Of a stretch of DNA of 32,000 bases, positions 9,143 to 17,679 are shown piece by piece (positions within the stretch are counted from its first letter, which is position 1; every line of letters begins with the position of its first letter). Location of the stretch: NCBI RefSeq assembly GCF_000012905.2, contig NC_007493.2, forward strand, positions 2,130,001 to 2,162,000, given 5' to 3'. The stretch is from Cereibacter sphaeroides 2.4.1 (lineage in GTDB: Bacteria > Pseudomonadota > Alphaproteobacteria > Rhodobacterales > Rhodobacteraceae). A program made the translations under genes and the position numbers. A model generated the notes under the pieces. The model made no database searches. It was not told the DNA's origin and saw only the letters and a list, made by a program, of their open reading frames with translations.

Positions 9143-10222
9143 TCAGGCGCAGGCTTCGAAGATCGACCGGGCGCGGCCCTCGCGCTTGGCACGGTAGAGC
9201 GCCCCGTCCGCAGTGCGGCTCGCCTCGCCGAGGTCGACGCGGCCCGGCGGCAGATGCGTGGCGCCGATGCTCACCGTGACATCCACCCGCGTCAGATCTC
9301 CGATCCGGCAACTCATGGTCAGCATCCGCTGCAGCCGTTCGGCCGCGCGGCCGGCCTCGGGCGCATCGACATCCGGCATGAGCACCGCGAATTCCTCGCC
9401 GCCGAGGCGGATCACGCTGTCCCCGGGCCGCACGGCCCGGCGCAACCGCTCGGCCATCGCGCGCAACACATGATCGCCCGCCTCATGCCCGTGGATGTCG
9501 TTCACCCGCTTGAAATGGTCGATGTCCACGATCATGAGCGCGGTGCCCCGCGACCGCGCGAGGCTGTCGGCCTCCGCGAACCGGCGCTCGAAGCTGCGCC
9601 GGTTCAGCACGCCGGTCAGAGGATCGGTCTGGGTCTCGGTGAGCAGCGTCCGCTCGCGCTGCGCGGCCGCCCTCTCGCGCTGGAGGAAGGTGCCGAACAC
9701 CAGCGCCCCTGTCAGATTGAGCAGGACGAGGATGGCGGCGAGCACCTCGAGCGAGTCGGTGCGCCCGACGGGCAGCCAGGCCAGCAGCACGAGGGGCAGC
9801 GAGATCATCACCGCGAGCAAGACGAGCCCCGTGAAATGGCCGAGCCCGAGCCTGCGGCGCAGCACCGGCCAGAGCGATCCCATCAGGGCCGATGCGGCCA
9901 TCGAGCCGGCGGCCAGCGCGGGCATCGCGGTCGAGACGAGCGAGATCCGCAAGAGGAGGCTGACCATGAGGGCGACCGTCGCACCGAGAGGCCCGAGGAA
10001 GGCACCTGCGAAGCCGATGAAGAGCGCGCGGCTGTCCACGATGACCCCGGGGGCCACGGCGATCGATTGCATCATCTGCACGCTCGCCCCGAAGCCGAAG
10101 GCGAGGCCCAGCAGCACATGCCGCAGGCGGCGCGACAGCCCCAGCCTCTGCACGCTGCCGTAGATCAGGGCGATCATGCCCATCATGGCAAAGCTGTTGA
10201 TCAGATGGAGAATGAGAGCCAC
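9143..10222 (-). CDS. Membrane-bound diguanylate cyclase (multi-TM sensor + GGDEF)
   Basis: 359 aa with a GTG start. About six hydrophobic helices include a ...VIVDSRALFIGFAGAFLGPLGA... segment reminiscent of LytS/YhcK-type 5TM receptors. The GGDEF domain follows: DPLTGVLNRR, active site RLGGEEFAVLM, and I-site RPGD five residues upstream. Confidence 0.9.
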   Translation of the reverse strand: MALILHLINSFAMMGMIALIYGSVQRLGLSRRLRHVLLGLAFGFGASVQMMQSIAVAPGVIVDSRALFIGFAGAFLGPLGATVALMVSLLLRISLVSTAMPALAAGSMAASALMGSLWPVLRRRLGLGHFTGLVLLAVMISLPLVLLAWLPVGRTDSLEVLAAILVLLNLTGALVFGTFLQRERAAAQRERTLLTETQTDPLTGVLNRRSFERRFAEADSLARSRGTALMIVDIDHFKRVNDIHGHEAGDHVLRAMAERLRRAVRPGDSVIRLGGEEFAVLMPDVDAPEAGRAAERLQRMLTMSCRIGDLTRVDVTVSIGATHLPPGRVDLGEASRTADGALYRAKREGRARSIFEACA

Positions 10223-10398
10223 CAGTTGCTGCCCGGATCAACCGGCGGATGCGCCGCCTGCGGCGACTCTTGCCCGAACCGGACGGGCTCCGCAACCGTG
10301 TCGCACCCCCGCGGAGATGCTCGGGATGAGAAGTCGGGGCCGGATGCGCCGGGGCATCCGCGCCCCTGCCATTCGCGAAGCGCGAACGGCGCGGCGCC

Positions 10399-11394
10399 TC
10401 AGCGGGGGGCAGTCACCGGATGGAGAACGCGGCCCGTATCCTCGTAGGCGGTGATGTTGTCGATCGTGGTGCGGGCGATGCCGCTCAGCGCCTCGCGGGT
10501 GAAGAAGGCCTGATGGCCGGTGATGAGCACGTTCGGGAAGGTCAGGAGCCGGGCGAAGACATCGTCCTGAATGGCCTTCTGCGACAGGTCCTCGAAGAAG
10601 AGGTCGGCCTCCTCCTCGTAGACATCGAGCGCGAGCCCGCCGATCACGCCGCTCTTGAGCCCGCGGATCACGGCGCTGGCATCCACCACCGCACCGCGGC
10701 TGGTGTTCACGATCATCACGCCGCGCTTCATGAGGCCGATGGCCCGGTCATCGATCAGGTGATGCGTGTCGGGCGTGAGCGGACATTGCAGGCTGAGAAT
10801 GTCGGCCTCGGCGAAAAGCCGCTCGAGCGGCACATAGGTCACGCCGAGGGCCGCGCATTCGTCGGACGGATAGGGGTCCGAGGCGATCACGCGGCAGCCG
10901 AAGCCGCGCATGATGCCCGCGAAGGTGCTCCCGATGAGGCCGGTGCCGACGACGCCCACGGTCTTGCCGCAGAGATCGAAGCCGAGGAGCCCCTCAAGGG
11001 CGAAATTGCCTTCGCGCACCCGGTTGAAGGCGCGGTGGGTGTTGCGGTTGAGCGTGAGGATCAGGGCCACCGCATGTTCGGCGACCGCGTGGGGCGAATA
11101 GGCGGGCACGCGCCCCACCGTCATCCCGGCGGCCTCGGCGGCCGCCAGATCGACATGGTTGAAGCCCGCCGAGCGCAGCGCGATCAGCTTCGTGCCGGCC
11201 GCGGCCAGCTCGGCGATGACGGGCGCCGTCACCTGATCGTTCACGAAGGCGCAGATGCAGTCGGCCCCGCCGGCGAAGCGCACCGTCTCGTCGGACAGGC
11301 GCGCCTCGATGAAGGCCAGCTGGTGCCGGCCCTCGTTGGCGGCGGCGAGAAACTGGCGGTCATAGGGCTTGGCGCTGAAGATGGCGACGTCCAA
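10399..11394 (-). CDS. ldhA: D-lactate dehydrogenase (D-isomer-specific 2-hydroxyacid dehydrogenase)
   Basis: The track ORF is over-extended to 11598. A TTG at 11394 is preceded by GGAAGGAG at 6 nt and gives 331 aa. The protein is collinear with E. coli LdhA throughout: FVNDQV, RSAGFNHVDL, RVPAYSPHAVAEHA, GKTVGVVGTGLIG, NTSRGAVVD, GHQAFFT. Confidence 0.9.
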   Translation of the reverse strand: MDVAIFSAKPYDRQFLAAANEGRHQLAFIEARLSDETVRFAGGADCICAFVNDQVTAPVIAELAAAGTKLIALRSAGFNHVDLAAAEAAGMTVGRVPAYSPHAVAEHAVALILTLNRNTHRAFNRVREGNFALEGLLGFDLCGKTVGVVGTGLIGSTFAGIMRGFGCRVIASDPYPSDECAALGVTYVPLERLFAEADILSLQCPLTPDTHHLIDDRAIGLMKRGVMIVNTSRGAVVDASAVIRGLKSGVIGGLALDVYEEEADLFFEDLSQKAIQDDVFARLLTFPNVLITGHQAFFTREALSGIARTTIDNITAYEDTGRVLHPVTAPR

Positions 11395-11596
11395 GGCAGG
11401 CTCCTTCCGATCATTTCGCGAAAGGCTAATGCGATGGCGCGGGGGTCCGTCAACCCCGGGTGGTCTTCGCGGGGCGACGGCTGCGCCTCCTGCCCAATGC
11501 TGCGGCGGGCCGCAGGGTCCGGGATCGCCCCCGCGCCGGCTTGCGGAGGCTCGGGCCGCTTCCCATCTCAGCCCCCGGGAAAGGGGGGCCGGAAAC

Positions 11597-12535
11597 ATGG
11601 ACGCCGAGACCGAGGCTGCGCTCGTTGCCGCAGGCCACCGCTACTTCGCGGACCGGCGCGCGAAAGTGCCGGGCTTCGTGCGCCGCACCTTCGGTCTGAG
11701 GGGCACGCTCGGCCTCCACCGCCACGCGCTCGGCTGGGACATCCTGAAGGCCCCGATCAACGTGGCGCTCTCTCCGCTCTTCGTGGCAAGCCGGCTCGGC
11801 GCCCTCGCCGCCGATGGGCTCAGCGCGCGCGGGATCGCGCGCTGGCTGCGGGCGCGCCGCATCCTGCTGCCCACCGCCGTCGCCCGCGAGACCGAGCGGC
11901 GGATCGTGGCGGATCTGCTGGAACTCCCGTGGCGGCAGGGCGGGAGCGGCTCCTCGCGCGACGCGCTGGCCGAGGCGATGCTGGCCGAGCCCGCGCTGCG
12001 GGCGCTGATCCAGCGGCGGCTCGAGGCCGGGGTCGAGGCGCGGGTCGCGGCGCGGCTCGGCGATTATTCCGGCACGCGCTCGGCGGTGGCCGAGATGACC
12101 ACCGCCATGGGCACGCTCGGCGCCGGGGCGCTGGCCTTCAATGCGCTGACGCCGGGGGTGCTGTCGCTGGCCCCGGCCCTGTCGGCGATCCTCGCCCATC
12201 AGGCGGCGCTGGCGGCCTTTCCCCTCGGCGGCGCGCTCGGCTCGGTCTGGCTCGGGCTCTTTCCGGTGGCGGCCTCGCCGCTGCAGACCGGCGCGGTGGT
12301 GGTGTCGCTGATGATGACGGGCTCGATCCTTGCCGCCTTCGCCGGCGTGGTGGCCGATCCGATCCAGACCCGCCTCGGCATCCACGACCGGCGGCTCAAC
12401 CGGCTGATCGATGCGCTGGAGGACGAGTTCACCGGGTCGGGCCGTCACGGTTTCGTTGCACGCGAGCATTATCTGGCGCGGATGATGGATCTTGCGGACG
12501 CGGGCATGGCGACGCTGCGCCTGTTCCGGGGGTGA
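11597..12535 (+). CDS. Uncharacterised polytopic membrane protein (312 aa)
   Basis: In-frame ATG at 11597 in track ORF 11369..12535. High GC3. Several hydrophobic spans are present: INVALSPLFVASRLGALAA, MGTLGAGALAFNALTPGVLSLAPALSAILA, LGGALGSVWLGLFPVAA, AVVVSLMMTGSILAAFAGVVA. I recognised no catalytic motif. It ends 17 nt before the CHAD gene. Confidence 0.75.
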   Translation: MDAETEAALVAAGHRYFADRRAKVPGFVRRTFGLRGTLGLHRHALGWDILKAPINVALSPLFVASRLGALAADGLSARGIARWLRARRILLPTAVARETERRIVADLLELPWRQGGSGSSRDALAEAMLAEPALRALIQRRLEAGVEARVAARLGDYSGTRSAVAEMTTAMGTLGAGALAFNALTPGVLSLAPALSAILAHQAALAAFPLGGALGSVWLGLFPVAASPLQTGAVVVSLMMTGSILAAFAGVVADPIQTRLGIHDRRLNRLIDALEDEFTGSGRHGFVAREHYLARMMDLADAGMATLRLFRG

Positions 12536-12552
12536 GACGGCAGAGAGGACGC

Positions 12553-13410
12553 ATGGCGCGGGACGACAAGGGGATCGGCTGCGAGACGGCCGAGGAGGCT
12601 TTCCGGCGCATCGCCCTCGAGTGCGGCGAAGCCTTTGCGGCAAGCCACGCCCGCACGATGGAGGAGGACGATCCCGAGGGGCCGCACAAGGCGCGGGTGG
12701 CCCTGCGGCGGCTGCGCTCGGCGCTGGCGGCGTTCGATCAGATCCTCGACGCAGGCTTCGCGCGGAAGACGGGGCGGCGGGCGCGCAGGCTCTTTCGCAT
12801 TCTGGGCGAGCTGCGCGATGCCGACGTGCTGGCGGGCCACCGGACGGACGGGCCCGAGGCCTCGGCCGCCGCGCGCGAGGCGGACCGGATGCGGCGCAAG
12901 GTGCGCAAGCGGCTGCGGCGGGCAGAGGCCGAGACCTTCGCGCCGAAGCTGGCGCGGCGGCTCGATGCGCGCCGGTGGCTCCGCGGCAACCGGCGGGCGC
13001 GGGCGCTGGCCACGCAACCGGCGACGCGTCTCGGAGGACGGGCACTGAGCGACGCCTGGGCCGCCTGCCTCGCGCACGGGGACGATCTTGCGGCCATGTC
13101 GGACGAGGAGCGGCACGAGATGCGCAAGGATCTCAAGACCATGCGCTACACGGTCGAGTTCTTTGGCGAGCTCTGGGCGGGCAAGGCGCAGGCCCGTTTC
13201 CTCGGACGGATGAAGGCGCTTCAGGATGCGCTCGGCCATCTGAACGATCTGGCGATGCTGCGCCGCGAGGGCGCGCTGGACACGCACCACGCCGACGCCG
13301 CCGGAGAGGCGATGCAGACGGCCGGTGCGCTCTGGTCGCAGACCGCCGCGGCGCCGATCTGGTGGCGCGAGGGCGAAGGGCAGGCGCGAGGGGAGACGTC
13401 CCCGGCCTGA
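12553..13410 (+). CDS. CHAD-domain protein (conserved histidine alpha-helical domain)
   Basis: In-frame ATG at 12553 with AGAGAGGA upstream, within the artefactual 996-aa track ORF. 285 aa, helical and Arg-rich, with the CHAD hallmark His/Arg/Lys blocks: GPHKARVALRRLRSAL, ERHEMRKDLKTMRYTVEFF, LQDALGHLNDL. Confidence 0.85.
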   Translation: MARDDKGIGCETAEEAFRRIALECGEAFAASHARTMEEDDPEGPHKARVALRRLRSALAAFDQILDAGFARKTGRRARRLFRILGELRDADVLAGHRTDGPEASAAAREADRMRRKVRKRLRRAEAETFAPKLARRLDARRWLRGNRRARALATQPATRLGGRALSDAWAACLAHGDDLAAMSDEERHEMRKDLKTMRYTVEFFGELWAGKAQARFLGRMKALQDALGHLNDLAMLRREGALDTHHADAAGEAMQTAGALWSQTAAAPIWWREGEGQARGETSPA

Positions 13411-13430
13411 GGCGGGGGCTGCGGCCTGTT

Positions 13431-14438
13431 CTAGGGATCGCGCCGACGCTCCGGTCGCATCCCCTCGCTCAGCACGGCGGTCCCCCGGCCGGCGCGCTTG
13501 GCCGCGTAGAGCGCCTCATCCGCATCGGCGAGCATCCGCGCGAGGTCGGGCCGGTCATACCGCACCGAGAGCGTCATGCCGATGCTGGCCGAGACGCGGC
13601 AGACACCGCCGCCGAAGGGGATGGGCCGGGCCACATCGGCAATGACCCGCGCGGCCAGCCGCTTCATCGGCGCGGGATCGGAGAGGCCGGGGAAGAGCAT
13701 CATGAATTCGTCGCCCCCGATCCGGGCCACCGTATCTCCCGTCCGGGTCTCGCGCGACAGGACCTGCGCCACCGCGCGCAGCACCTCGTCGCCCGCGGCA
13801 TGGCCGAAACTGTCGTTCACCTCCTTGAAGAAATCGAGATCGAGATGCATCAGCCCGAAGGGCCGGCGCGTGGCGATCACGGCCTCGAGGGCCTGATCGA
13901 TGGCCCGACGGTTCCGGAGCCCCGTAAGCTCGTCCGTCAGCGCCTCCTCCTCGGCCAGCCGGCGGGCCCTCTCGAGCCGGCCGTTGAGGCGGCGCAGTTC
14001 CTCGGCGACGGCGGTCTTGGCCTCGACCAGATAGAGCAGCTCGACCGCGAGGTCGGTCGGCGCGAAGTCTCCGTCGGTCAGGCCGTGGCGGCGCACGGCC
14101 TCGATCACAGAGATCCCGAAGGACAGGTTCAGCAGAAGACCCCGCCCCTCGTGCTTCGGCGTGGCCACCCCGCGCAGGCTGACGCCGCCGTCGAGCGTGG
14201 TGAGATGGAGGCGCACGCCGGTGCGCGCGGCGAGCGCCGCCGGCGTCTCGATGCCCGTGGGTCTGCGCACCTTGAAGAGGTCGAAGAAGGGCCGGCGCAC
14301 CGGCGACTCGGCGAAGAGCTTGCGCAGGGTCGGGCCGCAGCCCGCGATCTCGCCCAGCGGATCGAGACGCAGATGCATGGGCATGAGGAGGTCGAGCCCC
14401 CCTGCCCCGATGCCGACGGGCTTTGAAAGATTGCCCAT
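13431..14438 (-). CDS. Diguanylate cyclase with N-terminal HNOBA (heme-NO-binding-associated, PAS-like) domain and coiled coil
   Basis: 335 aa. The N-terminus LDLLMPMHLRLDPLGEIAGCGPTLRKLF...FFDLFKVRRP aligns with the sGC HNOBA region. A coiled coil follows (AEELRRLNGRLERARRLAEEEA), then GGDEF (DELTGLRNRR, active site RIGGDEFMMLF, I-site RTGD). Its ATG (14438-14436) overlaps the H-NOX stop (14440-14438) by 1 nt. Confidence 0.9.
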   Translation of the reverse strand: MGNLSKPVGIGAGGLDLLMPMHLRLDPLGEIAGCGPTLRKLFAESPVRRPFFDLFKVRRPTGIETPAALAARTGVRLHLTTLDGGVSLRGVATPKHEGRGLLLNLSFGISVIEAVRRHGLTDGDFAPTDLAVELLYLVEAKTAVAEELRRLNGRLERARRLAEEEALTDELTGLRNRRAIDQALEAVIATRRPFGLMHLDLDFFKEVNDSFGHAAGDEVLRAVAQVLSRETRTGDTVARIGGDEFMMLFPGLSDPAPMKRLAARVIADVARPIPFGGGVCRVSASIGMTLSVRYDRPDLARMLADADEALYAAKRAGRGTAVLSEGMRPERRRDP

Positions 14439-15025
14439 CAGCCCAGCCGCTCCGCCAGATCGAAGGGCCGGCCCGCCGAGAAGGCCGGATCGAGGAGCGC
14501 AATCGAGACCGCCTCGCCCTCGGGCGTCTGCCCGCGATGCACGAGCATCACGAGCACCCCGTAGTCGTCGGCCATGGCGCGCAGCAGCCCCAGCATCACA
14601 TGGCCCATGCCCTCGAGCGGCGAGGCGCAGATGAGCCGGAAGCGGTTCGGCCCGAGGTCGGTGATCTGCAGGTCCGGCAGGTCGAGATCGGGCAGCGCCA
14701 GCCGCGCCCGGTCGGGCAGGTCATCGAGCGAATGAAGGAAGTCGGTGAAGGTCACGCCTCCGAAGCGCAGCAGGCGTCGCAGGCGCGCCGTCGTCGGATG
14801 CGAGACGAGATAGGTGCCCACATCCTCGAGAAGCGCGTCCCGCGAGCGGGAGAGGCGATGGGCGGCGGCGGCAATGACCGCCTCCGTGTCGGACAGCTCG
14901 TAGGTCAGCATAGGCTCGAACGTGTCGAAGCCGAGCCGCGCATCGCGCGCGACATCGGCCCAGAGCGCGGGACTGTATGTGTCGCGCAGGAAGCACTCGA
15001 TCGCCCTGTTCACCAAGCCATGCAC
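14438..15025 (-). CDS. H-NOX (heme-NO/oxygen-binding) fold protein lacking the canonical heme-binding residues
   Basis: 195 aa with a GTG start, giving the family-typical N-terminus [25 protein letters not shown] (compare sGC beta1 [25 protein letters not shown]). It is collinear with sGC beta1 across [15 protein letters not shown] (beta1: REFLQNLDALHDHLA) and [18 protein letters not shown] (beta1: LHYYSEREGLQDIVIGII). The proximal His position is Pro104 (codon 14716-14714). Y-x-S-x-R reads C-A-S-P-L (14629-14615). Confidence 0.9.
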   Translation of the reverse strand: [195 protein letters not shown]

Positions 15026-15088
15026 GCCGCCGGATCCTCCTCAGGATCCGAAGACTAGCCGGCAGCGCTTAACAAGATCCCAAGGAGA

Positions 15089-16810
15089 TCAGGGCATCAG
15101 CACGAAGGCGCTGCCGCCCGCGCGCAGCCGGTTGACCGGTGCCGGGCCGAGATCGGGGCCTGCGTCGAGCTGGCCTGCGATGATGGCCTCGGGCGCCTCC
15201 GCCGTGGTGGGCGTCAGGTCCTGCACCGTGAGTGTGTCGAGCCGGCCTTCGCTCAGGCCGAAGCCCTGCTGTGAAAGACCGCCGCGCGGGCGCAGCATCA
15301 GCACCAGCGCCTCCTCGCCCGGACGGTCGGTGAGGAAGTCGCCCACGATCATCACGCAGCCCGGGCGGCCGTCGGGCAGCGCGATGCGGCAGCCGTCGCG
15401 CCAGACCCTGCGCTCGGCGGGCGCGAGGCGGGCCACGACGGCCGCGCGCATGGCCTCCTTGCCCGGGGGGCGCACCTCCATCAGGGTGGCGAGCTCTACC
15501 GCCAGATCCTCGCTGGCCCGCATCCGCCCCGGCACACCCGGCCGGGCCAGCCGGTCGGCCAGCGCCTCCTGACCGGGCTCGGAGGCGCGCTGCTGCAGCG
15601 CCTCGAGCGCCTCGGATCCTGCGCGGCCCCAGCGGCCGATGGCATAGGGATCGAGATCGGGCAGCTCGGTCCGGCCGTCGAGGACGCGGGCCAGCTGGTC
15701 GTGCGCCGCGATCCGGGTGGGGTCGAAGAGCGGCGTCTGCCAGAGGGCCGCGGTGACGAGCAGCACAAGCGCCATGCCGATGTTGCCCGCCCGGATCCGC
15801 GCCATCCAGGCACGCCCCGACAGGACCGAACCGGCATACAGGAGCCCGTAGGCCAGCGCGAGCGCGGCCGCCACCGCCCCGGCCAGCCGGTCGGGCGTCC
15901 AGCCATAGGCCGCGACGCGCTGCCAGAGCGCCCAGGCCGCCACCGCCGCCGGAACCGGCAGGAGGAGCGCCAGGGCCTGCGTCGCGCGGCGCATGAAGGC
16001 GCCCTCCACCGCCTCGGCATCGCTCTGGTCGATGGCGATGGTGACGAGGAGCGCGGCCGCCGCCGCCATCGCGATCAGGGTCTGCGCGACCGAGACCGTG
16101 CCGAACCCCGCCTCGAGGCCCCGGAGCGGCAGGCCGAGGATGAAGAGCGCCACGACGCAGAGGACGAGCGGCAGGAGGATGCGCAGGAGCTTCAGCACCA
16201 GCGCGGGCGAGATCAGGTCGGAATATTCCATCACCACCGCGAGGGCGAGACCGAGCGCGAGGCCGGTGACGAGCCAGGGGCCCATGTCGGTGTCGGTGAT
16301 GCGGCCGATCACATCCACGCCCACCAGCTCGAGCAGGGCGTTGGAGAGGAGGAGGAGCCCCCAGACCAGCGCCGTGAAGAGCCAGGCCGCGGCCATGCGT
16401 ACGGTCAGGGTCCAGGCGGCGGTGAAGAGGGCGGGATAGTCGCGCCAGTTGCCCTGATCGGCGGCCACGAGGAAGGGCAGCGGCACGAGGGCGAGGATCA
16501 GCACCGGCAGCACGCTGCCCGCGACGCTGAACATCGATTCGATCCCGTCGAACCGGAGGCTCGCGACGAGAAGGAAGACCGTGACCGCCGCCGCGACGAG
16601 CGCCGCCCCGGCCGCCGCGCGCCGGGCGGGGAGCGGGCCGGTCAGGCTCAGCCAGCCGCCGAAGAAGACCGCGGCAAAGCCCGTGGCGCCCAAGGCCGCG
16701 CGGTCGGGCAGGATCTGCTGTTCCGCGACCTTGAGCAGGAGGTGCAGGCACAGCCCCGCGAGCCCGCCCATGGCGGTCATCACCAACCGCTGCCGCATGT
16801 GCCGTTCCAT
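15089..16810 (-). CDS. Large polytopic membrane protein (573 aa; tentatively DUF4153-like) with a ~200-aa soluble C-terminal region
   Basis: ATG at 16810 with GGGAGG upstream. About 10-12 hydrophobic helices cover the first ~370 aa, followed by a hydrophilic tail. High GC3. The family name is from memory only. Two long overlapping track ORFs in other frames were rejected. Confidence 0.8.
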   Translation of the reverse strand: MERHMRQRLVMTAMGGLAGLCLHLLLKVAEQQILPDRAALGATGFAAVFFGGWLSLTGPLPARRAAAGAALVAAAVTVFLLVASLRFDGIESMFSVAGSVLPVLILALVPLPFLVAADQGNWRDYPALFTAAWTLTVRMAAAWLFTALVWGLLLLSNALLELVGVDVIGRITDTDMGPWLVTGLALGLALAVVMEYSDLISPALVLKLLRILLPLVLCVVALFILGLPLRGLEAGFGTVSVAQTLIAMAAAAALLVTIAIDQSDAEAVEGAFMRRATQALALLLPVPAAVAAWALWQRVAAYGWTPDRLAGAVAAALALAYGLLYAGSVLSGRAWMARIRAGNIGMALVLLVTAALWQTPLFDPTRIAAHDQLARVLDGRTELPDLDPYAIGRWGRAGSEALEALQQRASEPGQEALADRLARPGVPGRMRASEDLAVELATLMEVRPPGKEAMRAAVVARLAPAERRVWRDGCRIALPDGRPGCVMIVGDFLTDRPGEEALVLMLRPRGGLSQQGFGLSEGRLDTLTVQDLTPTTAEAPEAIIAGQLDAGPDLGPAPVNRLRAGGSAFVLMP

Positions 16811-16931
16811 CGCGCCTCCCGAAGCTGCCGCGCGGGGACGCTAGCGCGAAGCCCGGGGCTCTTCCAGTCGACCCGGCGGGAAGCGGCCCAGAAGCCGCAG
16901 GAGCCGGGCTCCCGAGGCGGAGGGCCTGCCG

Positions 16932-17624
16932 TCAGGCCGCCAGACCGTCGATCCAGTCCGCGAGCTCTCCGATGTCGGGCAGGACCGCATCGGCCAGCCC
17001 CGCGAGATCCTCGGCCACGGCGATGCCGGTCAGGACCGCCACCGTCCGCATCCCGGCCGCCCGCCCGGCGATCAGGTCGTGCGCGGAATCGCCCACCATC
17101 ACCACCTGCGCCGGTGCGAGGCCCAGCCGGTCGGCGAAGGCCAGAAGCATCCCCGGCTCGGGCTTGCCCCCGTGGCCGGAATCCGCCCCGGCGATGAAAT
17201 CGAACAGGTCGGTCAGCCCGTGCCGGCCCAGATGCGCCCGCGCCGGAAGCTCGGAATCGTTCGTGGCCAGCCCGATCTTCAGCCCGCGTGCCCGGAGGCC
17301 CGCCAGAAGCGGCTGAAGCGGCACCGCCTCGCACATCTCCGCCCCGGCCGCGAGCCGGTTCATCCGCGCCACCAACTCCTGCTTGTCGCAGCCGGGAAGC
17401 AGCGGGAGCAGAAGCTCGGCAATCTCCTCGGCGGTCGCGGCGATGACCGGGCTCCACGGGGCGAAGGCGCCGGTCTCCATGTCGTAGCCGAGCGCCGCAG
17501 CGAGATCCTGCGCCTGCGCCTCGGTCTCCGCGAGCTCGCGCAGGAGATGCGCCGACCAGGCGCCCCAGCTGCGACGGAAGTCGAAGAGCGTGCCGTCCTT
17601 GTCGAAGATGATGCCGCGGATCAT
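16932..17624 (-). CDS. HAD-superfamily hydrolase (phosphoglycolate-phosphatase-like)
   Basis: MIRGIIFDKDGTLFDF carries the DxDGT nucleophile motif, and a late GDSAHDLIAGRAAG motif is present. I prefer the ATG at 17624 (GGGAGG 5 nt upstream) to the track's GTG at 17630. Confidence 0.9.
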   Translation of the reverse strand: MIRGIIFDKDGTLFDFRRSWGAWSAHLLRELAETEAQAQDLAAALGYDMETGAFAPWSPVIAATAEEIAELLLPLLPGCDKQELVARMNRLAAGAEMCEAVPLQPLLAGLRARGLKIGLATNDSELPARAHLGRHGLTDLFDFIAGADSGHGGKPEPGMLLAFADRLGLAPAQVVMVGDSAHDLIAGRAAGMRTVAVLTGIAVAEDLAGLADAVLPDIGELADWIDGLAA

Positions 17625-17679
17625 GTCCACCTCCCTGCCCCGGCCGAACGTGCCATCCTGAGCGGCAGATGCAAAGGGA

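Noticed and set aside
9002-11400. tRNA-Glu as a possible genomic-island integration site
   Set aside because: There is no integrase, no repeat of the tRNA 3' end that I could find, and no compositional shift downstream. The neighbouring genes (cyclase, ldhA) look native.
11414-11423. Perfect 10-bp palindrome TTTCGCGAAA in the ldhA 5' region, considered as an FNR-type or other operator
   Set aside because: It does not match TTGAT-N4-ATCAA or any operator I know. It is too short to call on sequence alone.
10420-13410. 996-aa + strand ORF
   Set aside because: Only its last 285 codons (from ATG 12553) are the CHAD protein. The upstream two-thirds runs antisense across ldhA and out of frame across the 11597-12535 gene, with junk composition.
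12492-14426. 644-aa + strand ORF and the 315-aa minus-strand ORF 13555..14502
   Set aside because: They overlap the HNOBA-GGDEF gene antisense or out of frame. Only the 13431..14438 frame shows the GGDEF, I-site and HNOBA motifs.
14732-14734. His98 of the H-NOX-like protein (codon 14734-14732) as a displaced proximal heme ligand
   Set aside because: In the gap-free alignment with sGC beta1 it falls 6 residues N-terminal of the proximal position, aligning with Gln of FLQNLD. I therefore do not count it as the ligand, but only a structure or spectrum can exclude it.
15069-17197. 560-aa (minus, 15069..16751) and 498-aa (plus, 15701..17197) ORFs
   Set aside because: These are alternative frames over the 573-aa membrane protein. 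They are Arg/Pro/Gly-rich with no hydrophobic periodicity, whereas the called frame gives clean TM helices and high GC3.
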